IMG/VR virus record: IMGVR_UViG_3300010885_081999
Coordinates: 1 to 64,000 of that record
DNA length: 64,000 bases
Direction: 5' to 3' (one strand)
Source of the DNA: a virus
A model generated the notes under the pieces. It was not told where the DNA came from, ran no database searches, and was given only the letters and a program-made list of their open reading frames with translations. Of this stretch, positions 9,710 to 19,503 are shown in pieces. A program made the position numbers and the translations under genes. Position 1 is the first letter of the stretch. Each line of letters opens with the position of its first letter.

Positions 9710-10771
9710 TCAACTCCTGTTGAAGATCTTTGCGATTTTTTCGAGGTCTGCCTGGGTCTTCACGGGAACGTAGCGAGACGATCTCGGGACTGCGAGGAAG
9801 AGCGTCTTGAAATTTGACGTGAGTTCCTGGAGGAGCCGCTCGTATTGAACGAGGAGCTGGCCTGCGACGTTCTTCTTCACGCGATGCCACGACCATCTGA
9901 TCGCATTGAAATCGATGTCGGTGTTGAACACCATGGAGTTGGTACTGAGCCAGCCGAACTCGTCGACGTTGGTCTCAGGCGAGAGCCTGAATTGCTCCAC
10001 GATCTGCTCGAAACCGAGATGACTGCAGAGGACGCCTCCCGTGTCGTTCACGGTCCTCTCGACCACCTCACAAGTTACGGGCCTTCCTCCCACGATGTGC
10101 TGGCCTACGACTCCCGGATCCATCGTCGCATACACGTTGTCCACGTTGACGACGACGACTCTTTTCCCGCCTGACGAGACGAAATCGTCGTACAAGCCGC
10201 TGTTCTTCAGGGCAGGGATCACGTCACCGTGACCGCAAGGATGCAAGTCAGGCTGGCCATCGACGAAGTGGAGTCGATTGTCAGGCGTGAGCCTGAAGGA
10301 CTCGTATTGAGTGAAGACCTTGACGTGCTGTCCTCCGACTGCATTGAGGTGTGTCCGAATCTCGGCCTCGTTGCCGGGAGACGCCATGACCCACACGTTC
10401 TTCGCAGGTCCTGCCTGCAGCAGCTTCAGGCTCAAGAGGGACGTCGAAGTGCCTGGAAGTCGCAGGAAACCCTTGGATGTTCCGATTCGGGTACCACTGC
10501 CGCCCGCGAGGATGCAGTATGCCGTGGAACCGTCCTTGATGGCCTCGTTGCCTAGGCGATACGTGTCCTGGGACGCGTCCTCCAGTCTGCATGATGGCAC
10601 GGAAGGGTCTGGGATGTCGACAGAATAATCGACGGGTTTGACGAGGAGGTTCATCAGGTCGTGCGTCCCGAGGCCACCGAATCGATTTACCCTCTCAAGG
10701 GTCTCTAGAGGAAGACTCTCGAGTTGCTGCTGAAGTGTCACCAAGAAACCCGGAGTGCTTCTCATGACCAT
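9710..10771 (-). CDS. UDP-sugar pyrophosphorylase (UDPGP/UAP family)
   Basis: LAGGSGTRIG..K, PCGHGD, NVDN and PVK motifs. Confidence 0.82.
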   Translation of the reverse strand: MVMRSTPGFLVTLQQQLESLPLETLERVNRFGGLGTHDLMNLLVKPVDYSVDIPDPSVPSCRLEDASQDTYRLGNEAIKDGSTAYCILAGGSGTRIGTSKGFLRLPGTSTSLLSLKLLQAGPAKNVWVMASPGNEAEIRTHLNAVGGQHVKVFTQYESFRLTPDNRLHFVDGQPDLHPCGHGDVIPALKNSGLYDDFVSSGGKRVVVVNVDNVYATMDPGVVGQHIVGGRPVTCEVVERTVNDTGGVLCSHLGFEQIVEQFRLSPETNVDEFGWLSTNSMVFNTDIDFNAIRWSWHRVKKNVAGQLLVQYERLLQELTSNFKTLFLAVPRSSRYVPVKTQADLEKIAKIFNRS

Positions 10772-10772
10772 G

Positions 10773-10801
10773 ATTATAGGATGCCTCTTTCGATAAGTTC
10801 A
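10773..10801 (-). promoter_or_regulatory. Class A promoter TGAAC-N18-TATAAT
   Basis: Immediately upstream of the UDP-sugar pyrophosphorylase. Confidence 0.65.
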
Positions 10802-10810
10802 ATCGTCTGT

Positions 10811-11401
10811 CTATCTTGTGATCTTGCGTGACTCAGACAGAGCCTCGCCGTGGAGCGACTCGAGCATCTCCCTGAAGTAGTCTCCGAAAGAAGACCCGAG
10901 GAGCACGTCGCGAGTTTCCCAGCTCGGAACTCCCTCGTGTGACGGCTTAAGCTTGCCGTGATAGGACGTCACCTTGAATGTCGTGACGAGCTTGCCGTTG
11001 CTCACACGGGTGAACACGGGAAACAGCTCGTCTGCCTTGATGCCCGTCTCCTCCCAGAGCTCACGAGCTGCGGCTTCGAGGGGATCCTCCCCGTGTTCGA
11101 CGCCGCCGCCGGGCATGTTGAGGTCCGTCGCGTCGCCGAAGCGGGTGACAGCGAGGACCTTGTCGCCCTTCGTCACATAGACGACTGCGGCCTTGGGAAT
11201 CGAATCGAGACGCTGCTTTTCGGCCTGCGCTTCGGCCTCGACGTCACCGAGGAGCGACGTCCTGTTGCCTCTGACTGCGGCGTCACCTCTCAGGTTGCCG
11301 GGTGCGGTTGCCCTCAGGGTGGAGGCCATGCTGTAATCGCCTCTCACCTCTGTGACGTGTTCAGATCGACTTGAGGTCCTCTTCGTCTTCAGCTTCTTCA
11401 C
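10811..11401 (-). CDS. NUDIX hydrolase (start uncertain; alternative ATG at 11329)
   Basis: Nudix box GGGVEHGEDPLEAAARELWEETG. Confidence 0.85.
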   Translation of the reverse strand: MKKLKTKRTSSRSEHVTEVRGDYSMASTLRATAPGNLRGDAAVRGNRTSLLGDVEAEAQAEKQRLDSIPKAAVVYVTKGDKVLAVTRFGDATDLNMPGGGVEHGEDPLEAAARELWEETGIKADELFPVFTRVSNGKLVTTFKVTSYHGKLKPSHEGVPSWETRDVLLGSSFGDYFREMLESLHGEALSESRKITR

Positions 11402-11777
11402 GCTTTCGAATCTCCTTCTCGATCGTCCTGATCTCTGGCGAGAACTTTGCAGACAGTGCCTTCTTCGTCAACGACTTTGCCTTTTCGATGTCTCCCTTTG
11501 CACGGGCAGCGATCTTGGGCATCTTGATCCGTGCGAATTTGACGATCTTTTCCTTGGTTTCGTCGGGAAAGTCTATGTCGTAATACAGTTCCATGTCCTC
11601 GATCCACTCCGAAGAGAGGTCGTCTGCAGGACCCGTTCCAGTGAAGAAAGACTTCAGCTTGTCGAGGAAGCCTCGCTTCTTCGTCTTCTTCTCTTCGCTT
11701 TCTTTTTCGTTGCCACGCCAGTAGAACTCCTCGTTGAGGACGGACTTGACGTACTCTTTCAGCAGTCTGTCGTTCAT
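11361..11777 (-). CDS. Hypothetical protein with LLKEYV...LNEE leader (putative virion-internal)
   Basis: N-terminus MNDRLLKEYVKSVLNEE. Confidence 0.7.
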   Translation of the reverse strand: MNDRLLKEYVKSVLNEEFYWRGNEKESEEKKTKKRGFLDKLKSFFTGTGPADDLSSEWIEDMELYYDIDFPDETKEKIVKFARIKMPKIAARAKGDIEKAKSLTKKALSAKFSPEIRTIEKEIRKREEAEDEEDLKSI

Positions 11778-11778
11778 G

Positions 11779-12249
11779 TCAGGCCTTCTTCGCTTCCTTG
11801 AGCTTCTTTATGGTTCCGACGACGTCGATGACTTGACCGGCGGCTCGACGGGCATCGATCTCGAAGGGACTGTCATAATAGGGATCGCTTCCAGGGCAAC
11901 CCAGCTTTATCGCGATGTAGCTGAGAGCATACACGATGGGCTGGAACACACCGAGCCTCATGCACTGTTGGACGTGGCGTAGTTCATGGGTCACGAGGGC
12001 CGACTTCTCGTCGGGCGTCGCGTTGAGAACTACGACGTTTCCGATGGTGTGTCCTCCCCATGCCTTCCATGCGGAGTTGAGCCAAGCAGGCGACTTGTCA
12101 CGGAGGACCTGCCACACCATTGCGTCGCCTATCACACCGTGCCACCTGTACCACCCGACCAGCGTGAACAAACCTGCATAGGCAAGACCAGGAAGCGTCA
12201 CAGGAGATGCCCATGCATAACCCAAGATTTTTTTGACTTTGTCCCACAT
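11779..12249 (-). CDS. HExxH-containing putative metallopeptidase/membrane protein
   Basis: GHTIG...THELRHVQQ...PFEIDAR. Confidence 0.65.
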   Translation of the reverse strand: MWDKVKKILGYAWASPVTLPGLAYAGLFTLVGWYRWHGVIGDAMVWQVLRDKSPAWLNSAWKAWGGHTIGNVVVLNATPDEKSALVTHELRHVQQCMRLGVFQPIVYALSYIAIKLGCPGSDPYYDSPFEIDARRAAGQVIDVVGTIKKLKEAKKA

Positions 12250-12320
12250 GACAGTGTCCTCCGCGAGGCAAATATGATCGAAGTGCCCTCAGGCGTTCTC
12301 AATAACTATGCAGATTCCGC

Positions 12321-12327
12321 ATATTTA
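12321..12327 (+). promoter_or_regulatory. Class B (putative late) promoter motif ATAnTTA, example of about 19 copies
   Basis: ATATTTA 5 nt before ATG 12333; recurs upstream of many genes on both strands. Confidence 0.65.
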
Positions 12328-12332
12328 GAAGC

Positions 12333-12944
12333 ATGAAGATCACCGAGAGCAAACTCCGAGTCATCGTCAGAGAAGAGTATCTCAAGAATTCTGAGGCGGC
12401 AGGATTCACTCCCAACCTCACGGAGGGCATGAGATGGCACCTGACCGAATCAGTTCCGTTCGATAGACCAGTATACCGTGCAGGAACGGAAAAGTACTTC
12501 ACTTTGATCAGGGAGGCACGCAACCTCTACGGCTCCGGAGACTACACACCGATGAGCGACTTCGAGAGAGACCTGCTGGAATCTGACCTCGGTGAGTACG
12601 ACATGTTCGAGGGTGCGATGGTTCCTCTCGACTTTCCGTTCCGCGAAGGTGACCTCACGGAGGCGAAATACAAGGGCAAGGAAGTCGAACTCGGCAAGCC
12701 GAAGCACGGCGAGGGCGGCAAGGCCTACGTCTACGTCAGGGACCCAAAGTCAGGCAACGTGAAGAAGGTGAAGTTCGGTTCGTCGATGCCCGATGCGATG
12801 GGCGACTCAGACGCCGCGAGGAAGAGGCGCAAGTCGTTCGGTGATCGTCACGACTGTGCCAACAAGAAGGACAGGACGAAGCCGGGCTATTGGGCATGCA
12901 GGGCCACCAAGTTCTTCGGTAGGGACATACCCGGTTGGTGGTGA
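12333..12944 (+). CDS. Leader-tagged virion protein with conserved large-phage C-terminal domain
   Basis: MKITESKLRVIVREE leader; VYVRDPKSGNVKKVKFG...SFGDRHDC...GYWAC. Confidence 0.75.
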   Translation: MKITESKLRVIVREEYLKNSEAAGFTPNLTEGMRWHLTESVPFDRPVYRAGTEKYFTLIREARNLYGSGDYTPMSDFERDLLESDLGEYDMFEGAMVPLDFPFREGDLTEAKYKGKEVELGKPKHGEGGKAYVYVRDPKSGNVKKVKFGSSMPDAMGDSDAARKRRKSFGDRHDCANKKDRTKPGYWACRATKFFGRDIPGWW

Positions 12945-13216
12945 AGTTTCCGTTCGACGAAGAGACTCTCGAGAGCGGTTCGAGACTCCGAACTTTCTCA
13001 AGTGACTCTGCGCTAGAAGAACTGGTTTGGCACAGGGATGCCGACGACAGACTTGTGCGAGTCATCAAGTCGCAGGGCTGGTACATTCAGTTCGAAGATG
13101 AGCTGCCGAGAGAGATGCGGCCTGGTGACGTCTTCTTCATTCCGAAGGAGACGTGGCACCGTGTGATCCGCAAGAGTGACAGCCCACTCGTCGTCGAAAT
13201 CGAAAGTCAGTCGTAA
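12941..13216 (+). CDS. Small cupin-like protein
   Basis: ELVWHRD...FIPKETWHRVI; GTG start overlaps the upstream stop. Confidence 0.7.
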   Translation: MKFPFDEETLESGSRLRTFSSDSALEELVWHRDADDRLVRVIKSQGWYIQFEDELPREMRPGDVFFIPKETWHRVIRKSDSPLVVEIESQS

Positions 13217-13884
13217 TACGACGTCGCCGGTCGGCGCTTCTGCGGAGCGATCTTTCTCGCGCCGTGGTCGAACATCCACTGCGCGAGCTCGGGAAGGCCT
13301 GCCACGCCCGTTCCCCTGAGGTCAGTCGCCATGATGACGCCTGTGATTCCGCGACCTGCGGGGTCGTAGTTGAATGCGATGCTGTCCTTGCGGAGTCGAA
13401 TGGAGAACGCCTTCACGGAGTTGAGAGACGGCGTGCCGTAGGTGGTCACTCTGCCCAGCATCTTGAGGATCTTCTCGTCCTTCTTCGTGAGATTCTCTCC
13501 ACCGTCGACCTGCTTGATCTTCGCGAGAGCGGCCTTATGAGCCCATGCAGTGCCACCGGCACGAGAATCGTACTCAGGGACGCGGACGAGCTCGCCAGGA
13601 GCGAAGGTGGACGTCATGTCTGCGGCCCAGATCCACACTCCCGGACTACCTGGCTTGGGTCCTGCGCCGGGCTCCCACGACATGTCGTCTGGAAAGTCTG
13701 CGAGGTCTCCTGCGTCTTCGATCTCGTCGAAGAAGACTTCTTCACCGCCGTACTCGGGTTCTTCGACCGAGACGTACACGTCGCCTTCTTGAGGCATGGC
13801 ACCAGGGTTTCCCGCTGTGGCTTCGGTTACGCGAGCGACTTCTTCTTTGATGATGCGTCGAAGGTGATCGATGGAGATTCTCAT
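13207..13884 (-). CDS. Leader-tagged hypothetical protein
   Basis: MRISIDHLRRIIKEE leader; ATAGTTA upstream. Confidence 0.75.
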   Translation of the reverse strand: MRISIDHLRRIIKEEVARVTEATAGNPGAMPQEGDVYVSVEEPEYGGEEVFFDEIEDAGDLADFPDDMSWEPGAGPKPGSPGVWIWAADMTSTFAPGELVRVPEYDSRAGGTAWAHKAALAKIKQVDGGENLTKKDEKILKMLGRVTTYGTPSLNSVKAFSIRLRKDSIAFNYDPAGRGITGVIMATDLRGTGVAGLPELAQWMFDHGARKIAPQKRRPATSYYD

Positions 13885-13896
13885 GGCGTTTAACTA

Positions 13897-14733
13897 TCAC
13901 ACTCCCCACAGCTTGTCGAAGGTGCCCACGAACTTTTGCCATGTACCGTCCTTCACGATCGACGCGAACTCGAACTGGGAGAACCTCGACTTGACGGTGT
14001 CCCAGTCCTTGGCGGGAGTCGACGACGTCATGTCTGCGGCCTCGTCGCGAGACCACTCGACGAACTGAATGAGGTCCATGTTCCTCGTGAAGATCGCCTC
14101 GCGGTCACCTTGCAGGAGGTAGTCCTTGAACTCGTCGGTTCCCACGGCCTCCGCGAGCTTGGCGGCCGTCTTGTCACCACAGCCAGGAATGCCTGGGATG
14201 TTGTCGGTGGCGTCGCCGCGGAGGGCCTTCCACACGACGTAGGGATAGTTCTCGGGTGCCTTGACGAACTCCTTGCGGACAGGATTGTAGAGACGCATGT
14301 TGGGATTCGTCTCGAGCAGTTGGATGAAGTCTGAATCGGAGGACGCCACGACCCAGTCGATGGCCGACGACGACGAGCGGACGAGGTTTGCGATCGTGTC
14401 GTCGGCCTCGTGTCGGGGATGCCGCACGACGGAGACGGGGAAGTGATTGACCAGAAGCTCCTTGATGATGTCGACCTGTCGAAAGAATTTCGCCATCTCG
14501 GCGGCACGTGGGTCGTCCGCTGCCACCACACGGTTCGCCTTGTACTCGCCCATCAGTTCGTGACGTGCCTGTGGCCGGCCTTCGAGGGCGACGTAGACGC
14601 GTGTCGGCTTGAACTGTTCGACGAGAGCACGAAATCCGCGAAAGAAGTTGAAGACGACGGGATGATCCCCTGCGAGGAAGCCGCTGCGTGCACGATGTGC
14701 TGCGTTCATGAAGTCGAGGGCGAGGATTGTCAT
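13897..14733 (-). CDS. 5'-3' exonuclease / flap endonuclease (PolA-N / T4 RNase H family)
   Basis: YKANR, EADD, SDSDF and GDATDNIPGIPGCG motifs. Confidence 0.9.
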   Translation of the reverse strand: MTILALDFMNAAHRARSGFLAGDHPVVFNFFRGFRALVEQFKPTRVYVALEGRPQARHELMGEYKANRVVAADDPRAAEMAKFFRQVDIIKELLVNHFPVSVVRHPRHEADDTIANLVRSSSSAIDWVVASSDSDFIQLLETNPNMRLYNPVRKEFVKAPENYPYVVWKALRGDATDNIPGIPGCGDKTAAKLAEAVGTDEFKDYLLQGDREAIFTRNMDLIQFVEWSRDEAADMTSSTPAKDWDTVKSRFSQFEFASIVKDGTWQKFVGTFDKLWGV

Positions 14734-14805
14734 GAGTCTACTATACCACCGATCCGGTTGACTTTGCAAAGTTGACGGTCTACTTGTCCTGCGTAGGTCC
14801 AGAGA

Positions 14806-15807
14806 TCACAGTGTTTTCGATTGATTCTGGAACCAGACGCGGGCGTGATTCATGCATGCCTTGTACGCCTCTTTGGCGTCGAGCTTCGAGGCCTCGAGTT
14901 CCGCCGAAGTCTCCTTCAGCAGGTCGGAGTTGATCCACTTGAGAAATGCTCCCATGTCGCGCACGTCGTAGAGTGCACCCGACCCGACAGCAGCGGCATG
15001 TGCAGCTCCCTGCTCAAGCCTCGGTGTGGTGACCACGAGGTCCACGAACTCCACGAGAGCCTCCACAGACGTGGCGCTCACCTGCACAGGCTTCGTGCGT
15101 GCCACGGTGTTGTGCTTCTCGCCCTTCGCCTTGAACACGAGGTTCTTGAACGTGGAATACGAGTCGCCGCGCCCCACGGGATACAGGACCAAACCCTCTC
15201 CCACACCTTCGACGCCGAATTCATCTGCAACCCACGGGTCCCTGTTCTCCACGTCGGACACCCTCACATTGATCTTGTCGACGACGTCTTGAAGACGTGA
15301 CCCGGTCGACAGCCAGTCGACGGCATACTCTTCCCCGCCGTTGAACCACGGGATGACGCGGACTTCGGGGATGCCCTCCACGAGGGCGGTGAGGAACGCA
15401 GGATCGAAGCCGATGCCGTCGATCTCAGGTGCTCGCATGCCGAACACCGCGAAAACCTTTCCCGGAATCTTGCTGACTGCGACGCCCTTCTGGATCCCGG
15501 GACCGCACCACTCCCCGAACACGACGATGGTGAAGTTACGCGCCAGACGAGCGAAGTCGGACTCGTGTCGTGCGACCCAGCGGGCGAAACCTGCGTTGTC
15601 GTTGTCTGGGGTGATCACAGACGTGCGAGAGAGTGCCGTGACGGTGCCGTCCGGATCGATCCTCACACCTGCGTTCGTGCCGTGGAGCTTCACTTTCGCA
15701 CGATACGTCACCGCGGAGGAGTCACCCAGGACGTGGGGAGACTTCTCGAGTTGACGTCTCAGCGAGTGGAAGTTCTCGATCTCGGTCCAGGAAATGTGTT
15801 CCTTCAT
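14806..15807 (-). CDS. RNA ligase (Rnl2-like)
   Basis: KLHGTN motif I, FGEWCG, FAVF, EGLV and FKAK motifs. Confidence 0.82.
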   Translation of the reverse strand: MKEHISWTEIENFHSLRRQLEKSPHVLGDSSAVTYRAKVKLHGTNAGVRIDPDGTVTALSRTSVITPDNDNAGFARWVARHESDFARLARNFTIVVFGEWCGPGIQKGVAVSKIPGKVFAVFGMRAPEIDGIGFDPAFLTALVEGIPEVRVIPWFNGGEEYAVDWLSTGSRLQDVVDKINVRVSDVENRDPWVADEFGVEGVGEGLVLYPVGRGDSYSTFKNLVFKAKGEKHNTVARTKPVQVSATSVEALVEFVDLVVTTPRLEQGAAHAAAVGSGALYDVRDMGAFLKWINSDLLKETSAELEASKLDAKEAYKACMNHARVWFQNQSKTL

Positions 15808-15817
15808 GTCTCTGATC

Positions 15818-15991
15818 CTACTCCTCTGATACGACGATCTTCAGGTCTGCTTCGTCGGGCGCGCCCTTGTAGGGGCAGTTCCGACACCTGTGGTTGCAGC
15901 AATAACCCCTGCGGAGGAGGAAGTCGCGTGTGAGCACGACCTTGCCGTCCTCGAGGGTGTAGTCTATTTGGAGTTCAAGTCTTCCGCGCAT
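15818..15991 (-). CDS. Small Cys-rich protein (DUF5522-like), not in the ORF track
   Basis: Manual translation, 57 aa: MRGRLELQIDY...FLLRRGYCCNHRCRNCPY... Confidence 0.65.
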   Translation of the reverse strand: MRGRLELQIDYTLEDGKVVLTRDFLLRRGYCCNHRCRNCPYKGAPDEADLKIVVSEE

Positions 15992-16016
15992 GTGTCAAAT
16001 ATGCGCGTCTCTCCCG

Positions 16017-16202
16017 TCACGACGTGACTTCGTCGTCGTCGAAAGTGAAGACGTCACAGACGTCACCCATGATGGCGTTGACGACTTCCACCTCGACGGC
16101 CTCGGGCGTGGGGTTGTCCACGTGCTTGTGTGCGCGGTTCCACCCGCGGCGGAATCCCTCCTCGACTGCACGCTGCAAGATCACATACGACTTTGCCTTC
16201 AT
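16017..16202 (-). CDS. Small phage hypothetical protein
   Basis: MKAKSYVILQRAVEEGFRRGWNRAHKH; ATG overlaps the PolX stop. Confidence 0.65.
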   Translation of the reverse strand: MKAKSYVILQRAVEEGFRRGWNRAHKHVDNPTPEAVEVEVVNAIMGDVCDVFTFDDDEVTS

Positions 16203-16786
16203 TGTGCCACCTTCACGTACTTCTTGATCACCCTGTGGTCGACACGTTCCTCGGGCGGAACGAAGTCCATCTCGAGGAGGTCGAAGAAGTCCTGCTCCTC
16301 GGGAATCCACAGCTGTTCGCCCGTGGGCATCGTCGGCATCGCGTCGGTCATGCGGCCGCCGCCCGACAGCTTCTTCCAACGCTTGAACATGCCGGGGATG
16401 AAGCCGTTGAAGGCGTTACCGTCGGGACCGACGCCGCTGCCCGTCCGCATCATGAAGAGGCCACCCCAGTTGTTGGGCGAAGCGAGGAAGAGGTCGAGGT
16501 TCATCTCCTCTGCGAGGCGGACCCGGATGTATCGGGCACCGGGCTTCGGTGACCACGGGATGACACCAGGAACGCCCGGTTTAATCGTTTGACCAACATC
16601 ACCAAGCAATTTGACGAGTTTATCCTGGTTGGCCTGGATGCCCACGATCTCGATGTCACCCACCACCGGCTTTCGACGTCGGATGGAGCCTGCGATCTCC
16701 GCACGGTCCATCGCAGGTGCGATGTGTTGCATCACCTTCGATGCGATGTCGATGGCTGAGGTGAGCTCGATCTTTCCGATTCCCAT
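16199..16786 (-). CDS. Minimal family X DNA polymerase (palm + thumb)
   Basis: AGSIRR...GDIEIV, LDLF, RTGS and FVPPEER. Confidence 0.8.
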   Translation of the reverse strand: MGIGKIELTSAIDIASKVMQHIAPAMDRAEIAGSIRRRKPVVGDIEIVGIQANQDKLVKLLGDVGQTIKPGVPGVIPWSPKPGARYIRVRLAEEMNLDLFLASPNNWGGLFMMRTGSGVGPDGNAFNGFIPGMFKRWKKLSGGGRMTDAMPTMPTGEQLWIPEEQDFFDLLEMDFVPPEERVDHRVIKKYVKVAQ

Positions 16787-16790
16787 GGTT

Positions 16791-17201
16791 CTAATCTACC
16801 ACGAGAGGGTCCTTCTTTGCACGGCGTCGCGACTTGATTTCTTCAAGTCTGTCGAGCAGTTGACGTTCTTCGCGATCGATCTCGGCGTCTTTCCATTCAT
16901 CGACGAGATCACTTGTGAACCACGTGTTTCGTGGGCCGTACTTCGACTCGTATTCCGCGATCGCCTCGTCCCAGTAGGAGATCCACGTCACTCTGTTCCG
17001 CCTGCAACGTTCAAGCCACATGACGCCGTCAAGTCTATTGCGGTCGTAGAGCTCCTGTTGGAGGTTGTCGGTGATCATGTTGATCCTTCCGGATCTCCTG
17101 ATCCACTCGACGTCCCTGACCTCCTCGAAGGAAGGTGCTGCACGCATCTTCCTGTCCCATGCCTTGATCGTCTCCTCGGTCGTGGGGATCTTCGTCTGCA
17201 T
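16791..17201 (-). CDS. Hypothetical protein
   Basis: 136 aa ORF in operon. Confidence 0.6.
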   Translation of the reverse strand: MQTKIPTTEETIKAWDRKMRAAPSFEEVRDVEWIRRSGRINMITDNLQQELYDRNRLDGVMWLERCRRNRVTWISYWDEAIAEYESKYGPRNTWFTSDLVDEWKDAEIDREERQLLDRLEEIKSRRRAKKDPLVVD

Positions 17202-17212
17202 GTGTCACTCCG

Positions 17213-17638
17213 TCACATGTCGGGGAGCTTGATCTTCGCGACTGTTCCGTCGGGAAGCATCACGGTGGTCGTGTCAGGTGCCTGCTGAGAAGGCTCCGAG
17301 CGATGTGTGAAGTCAGGAAGGTCATCGATCGTCTGGGCAGAAGCTTGGTCCGTCCCGTACCATTCCTTCGACTTCGAGACGGCAGCATCGACGATCTTGT
17401 TGACCATCGTCGTCGCCCTCTTCACGAGGACGGACCGAGCCTTCTCTGCATTGTCGAAGATCTCGCCGTCGATCTCGTCGAGCATGACGGTCGTCGCCCC
17501 GCTCGAGCCCGCCTGAAGGACGTATCGTACGTCCTCACCCTGCAGTGTCTTCTTCGTGATCACTTCGACCACCTGCATGGGATACACCTGACTCTTCTTC
17601 GCGAGGACGACGAAGATGACCTGTCCTATCGTGTACAT
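17213..17638 (-). CDS. Hypothetical protein
   Basis: 141 aa ORF in operon. Confidence 0.65.
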   Translation of the reverse strand: MYTIGQVIFVVLAKKSQVYPMQVVEVITKKTLQGEDVRYVLQAGSSGATTVMLDEIDGEIFDNAEKARSVLVKRATTMVNKIVDAAVSKSKEWYGTDQASAQTIDDLPDFTHRSEPSQQAPDTTTVMLPDGTVAKIKLPDM

Positions 17639-17641
17639 GTC

Positions 17642-17983
17642 CTACTCCTCCTCGACGTCGTCGGATTCGTCCTCCGAGTCGTCTCCACGTGGGTCCGTAG
17701 TGATCTGAAACACAGAAAGTGCAGGAGTCCCCGCGTGTGCCACGACGTAGTCGGGAGCATCGTCACCCACTGGAAGACCTGCAGCCTCTGCTGCCGTGTG
17801 GATCTTCTTCCAGAGCATCGATTCGACGAGGGTGCGTCCCTCGAGCTCTGCGAGGGCCTGACTCAGCGTCTTCGATGCGTCTGGTGGAAGGACGACGCTG
17901 AACATGTCCCTGAGGTGGAGAAGCTCGAACTTCGTGAGTCTGAGGTCGTACGTCTTTCGTTTCTTGATATCGTTCGTTTTCAA
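17642..17983 (-). CDS. Hypothetical protein
   Basis: 113 aa ORF, TTG start with GGAGG SD. Confidence 0.6.
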   Translation of the reverse strand: MKTNDIKKRKTYDLRLTKFELLHLRDMFSVVLPPDASKTLSQALAELEGRTLVESMLWKKIHTAAEAAGLPVGDDAPDYVVAHAGTPALSVFQITTDPRGDDSEDESDDVEEE

Positions 17984-18031
17984 TGTAGTCCTCCTGTGCT
18001 GGGTTCGTCCGAGCTTCTCGCACCGTTCGTG

Positions 18032-18319
18032 TCACTGCGCGGGATCTGTCAGTGCCTCGATGAAGAGGTCGAAGGTGTCGCGGTGGACGACCTCACGCTG
18101 GATCTTCACGACCTTGAGCGCCGCCTGGAGGGTCTTGTAGTCGAGCTTCTCCTCGTACTCTTCGATGATCTCCTTGCGGTCAGTCTTGAGGAGCTCGATC
18201 TCGTTGTCGACCGACTCGATCTTGCCGACGAACTCCTTCACCAGAGATCGAAGTGCATTGATCTCGTCGGGTTGCATCGTCGCCGTGTTGTAGTTCTTGG
18301 GTGCTTGCTTCTTAGGCAT
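18032..18319 (-). CDS. GapR/DUF2312 / T4 DsbA-like DNA-binding protein
   Basis: LRSLVKEFVGKIESVDNEIELLKTDRKEIIEE...DYKTLQAALKV helical pattern. Confidence 0.6.
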   Translation of the reverse strand: MPKKQAPKNYNTATMQPDEINALRSLVKEFVGKIESVDNEIELLKTDRKEIIEEYEEKLDYKTLQAALKVVKIQREVVHRDTFDLFIEALTDPAQ

Positions 18320-18351
18320 GCATCAATGATACACAACGACGAGGCCTTTGT

Positions 18352-19464
18352 TCAGAGTGCCTTTATCTTTTGGATCACAGCACGATAGTCCTTGATGTAC
18401 TGCGCTTCTTCGGGTATGCCGGCCTTGAGGACCTTGTCGACGTGATCCTCGAGGCTCTTGATGTAGAACTCCTTGGAAGCCTTTCGCGAGCCGTCGACGA
18501 GCATCTTCTCCGCCTTGGTTTTCTCCTGAGGTGGGAGCTTCTTGATCTCCTCGACCTTCGCCTTCGCGTCGCCTTTCAACTTGCTTCCTGCGGCCTTCTC
18601 GATGTCCTCGATCGTCTTCACCTTCTTGAGGACGTTCTCGGCCTGTGAGAAGACGTCGGTCAGCGTCTTCCTGTAGACCTTCGTCGCATCGGCCTGCATC
18701 TTCTTGACCTGCGGTGCATCGAGGGCCTTCGCGAGGAACTTCTTGCTGGAGAGTATCTTTGCGGGAGTGAACTTCTTCTTGTCGTCTGGCTCGTCGTCTT
18801 CTCTCAGCTGTGACTCTCCCCACATGGAGCGAGGACCGTCCTTCTTCTTGGAGGGCTTGGATCCGCCTCTGCCGTCGTCGCCCAGTGCCATCCTACCGGC
18901 GGCCTCCAGCTTCGACGTGACGGAGTCGTACAGTTCATCGGAAAAACCACCCGTCACTGCGGATAGAAGCTCCTTGGACACGGCGGCGCTCTTCTTCGTG
19001 GCGACCGCACCGAGGACGAGAGCAGGCGACGCCATGAACGCGAGGAGTCCTGCGTCGGGCGACGCCAGAGCTGCGTCGGTGCGCGCATACACGTCCTTGT
19101 ACTCACCCTTGATCTTCTCGATGTCTTCCTTTTCCTTGTCGAAGACGTCTGCATAGTTGTAGCCGTATATCGGGATCAGCGTGGTGAGTACCGTCTGAAG
19201 GCCGACCCAGAGGACGGTCCTCGCCTTACGGGTGATCTCCTTGGTCTTTCCTACTGCCGTCTTGAAGACGTCGACGAACGGTCCGATGAAGGCATCGTAC
19301 ATGTCGTTGCCGCTGCCGTAATGTGCTCCGCCCATGCCCATGCCCGAATCGTACGAAGAAAATCCTCCGCCGAACATCGCGGGATTGCCGCCAGCCTCAT
19401 CCTCAACGAGGAGGGAATTCCTGACGTATTCACGCAGCAGAATCTCGTCTCTTCTATATCGCAT
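18352..19464 (-). CDS. Leader-tagged hypothetical protein (putative virion-internal)
   Basis: ILLREYVRNSLLVE leader; ATATTTA upstream. Confidence 0.7.
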   Translation of the reverse strand: MRYRRDEILLREYVRNSLLVEDEAGGNPAMFGGGFSSYDSGMGMGGAHYGSGNDMYDAFIGPFVDVFKTAVGKTKEITRKARTVLWVGLQTVLTTLIPIYGYNYADVFDKEKEDIEKIKGEYKDVYARTDAALASPDAGLLAFMASPALVLGAVATKKSAAVSKELLSAVTGGFSDELYDSVTSKLEAAGRMALGDDGRGGSKPSKKKDGPRSMWGESQLREDDEPDDKKKFTPAKILSSKKFLAKALDAPQVKKMQADATKVYRKTLTDVFSQAENVLKKVKTIEDIEKAAGSKLKGDAKAKVEEIKKLPPQEKTKAEKMLVDGSRKASKEFYIKSLEDHVDKVLKAGIPEEAQYIKDYRAVIQKIKAL

Positions 19465-19472
19465 CGTGCATC

Positions 19473-19497
19473 TAAATATACTTCGATCCCATATTTA
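19473..19497. promoter_or_regulatory. Back-to-back ATATTTA motifs driving divergent genes
   Basis: TAAATAT at 19473-19479 (minus) and ATATTTA at 19491-19497 (plus). Confidence 0.65.
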
Positions 19498-19503
19498 TGG
19501 GTC

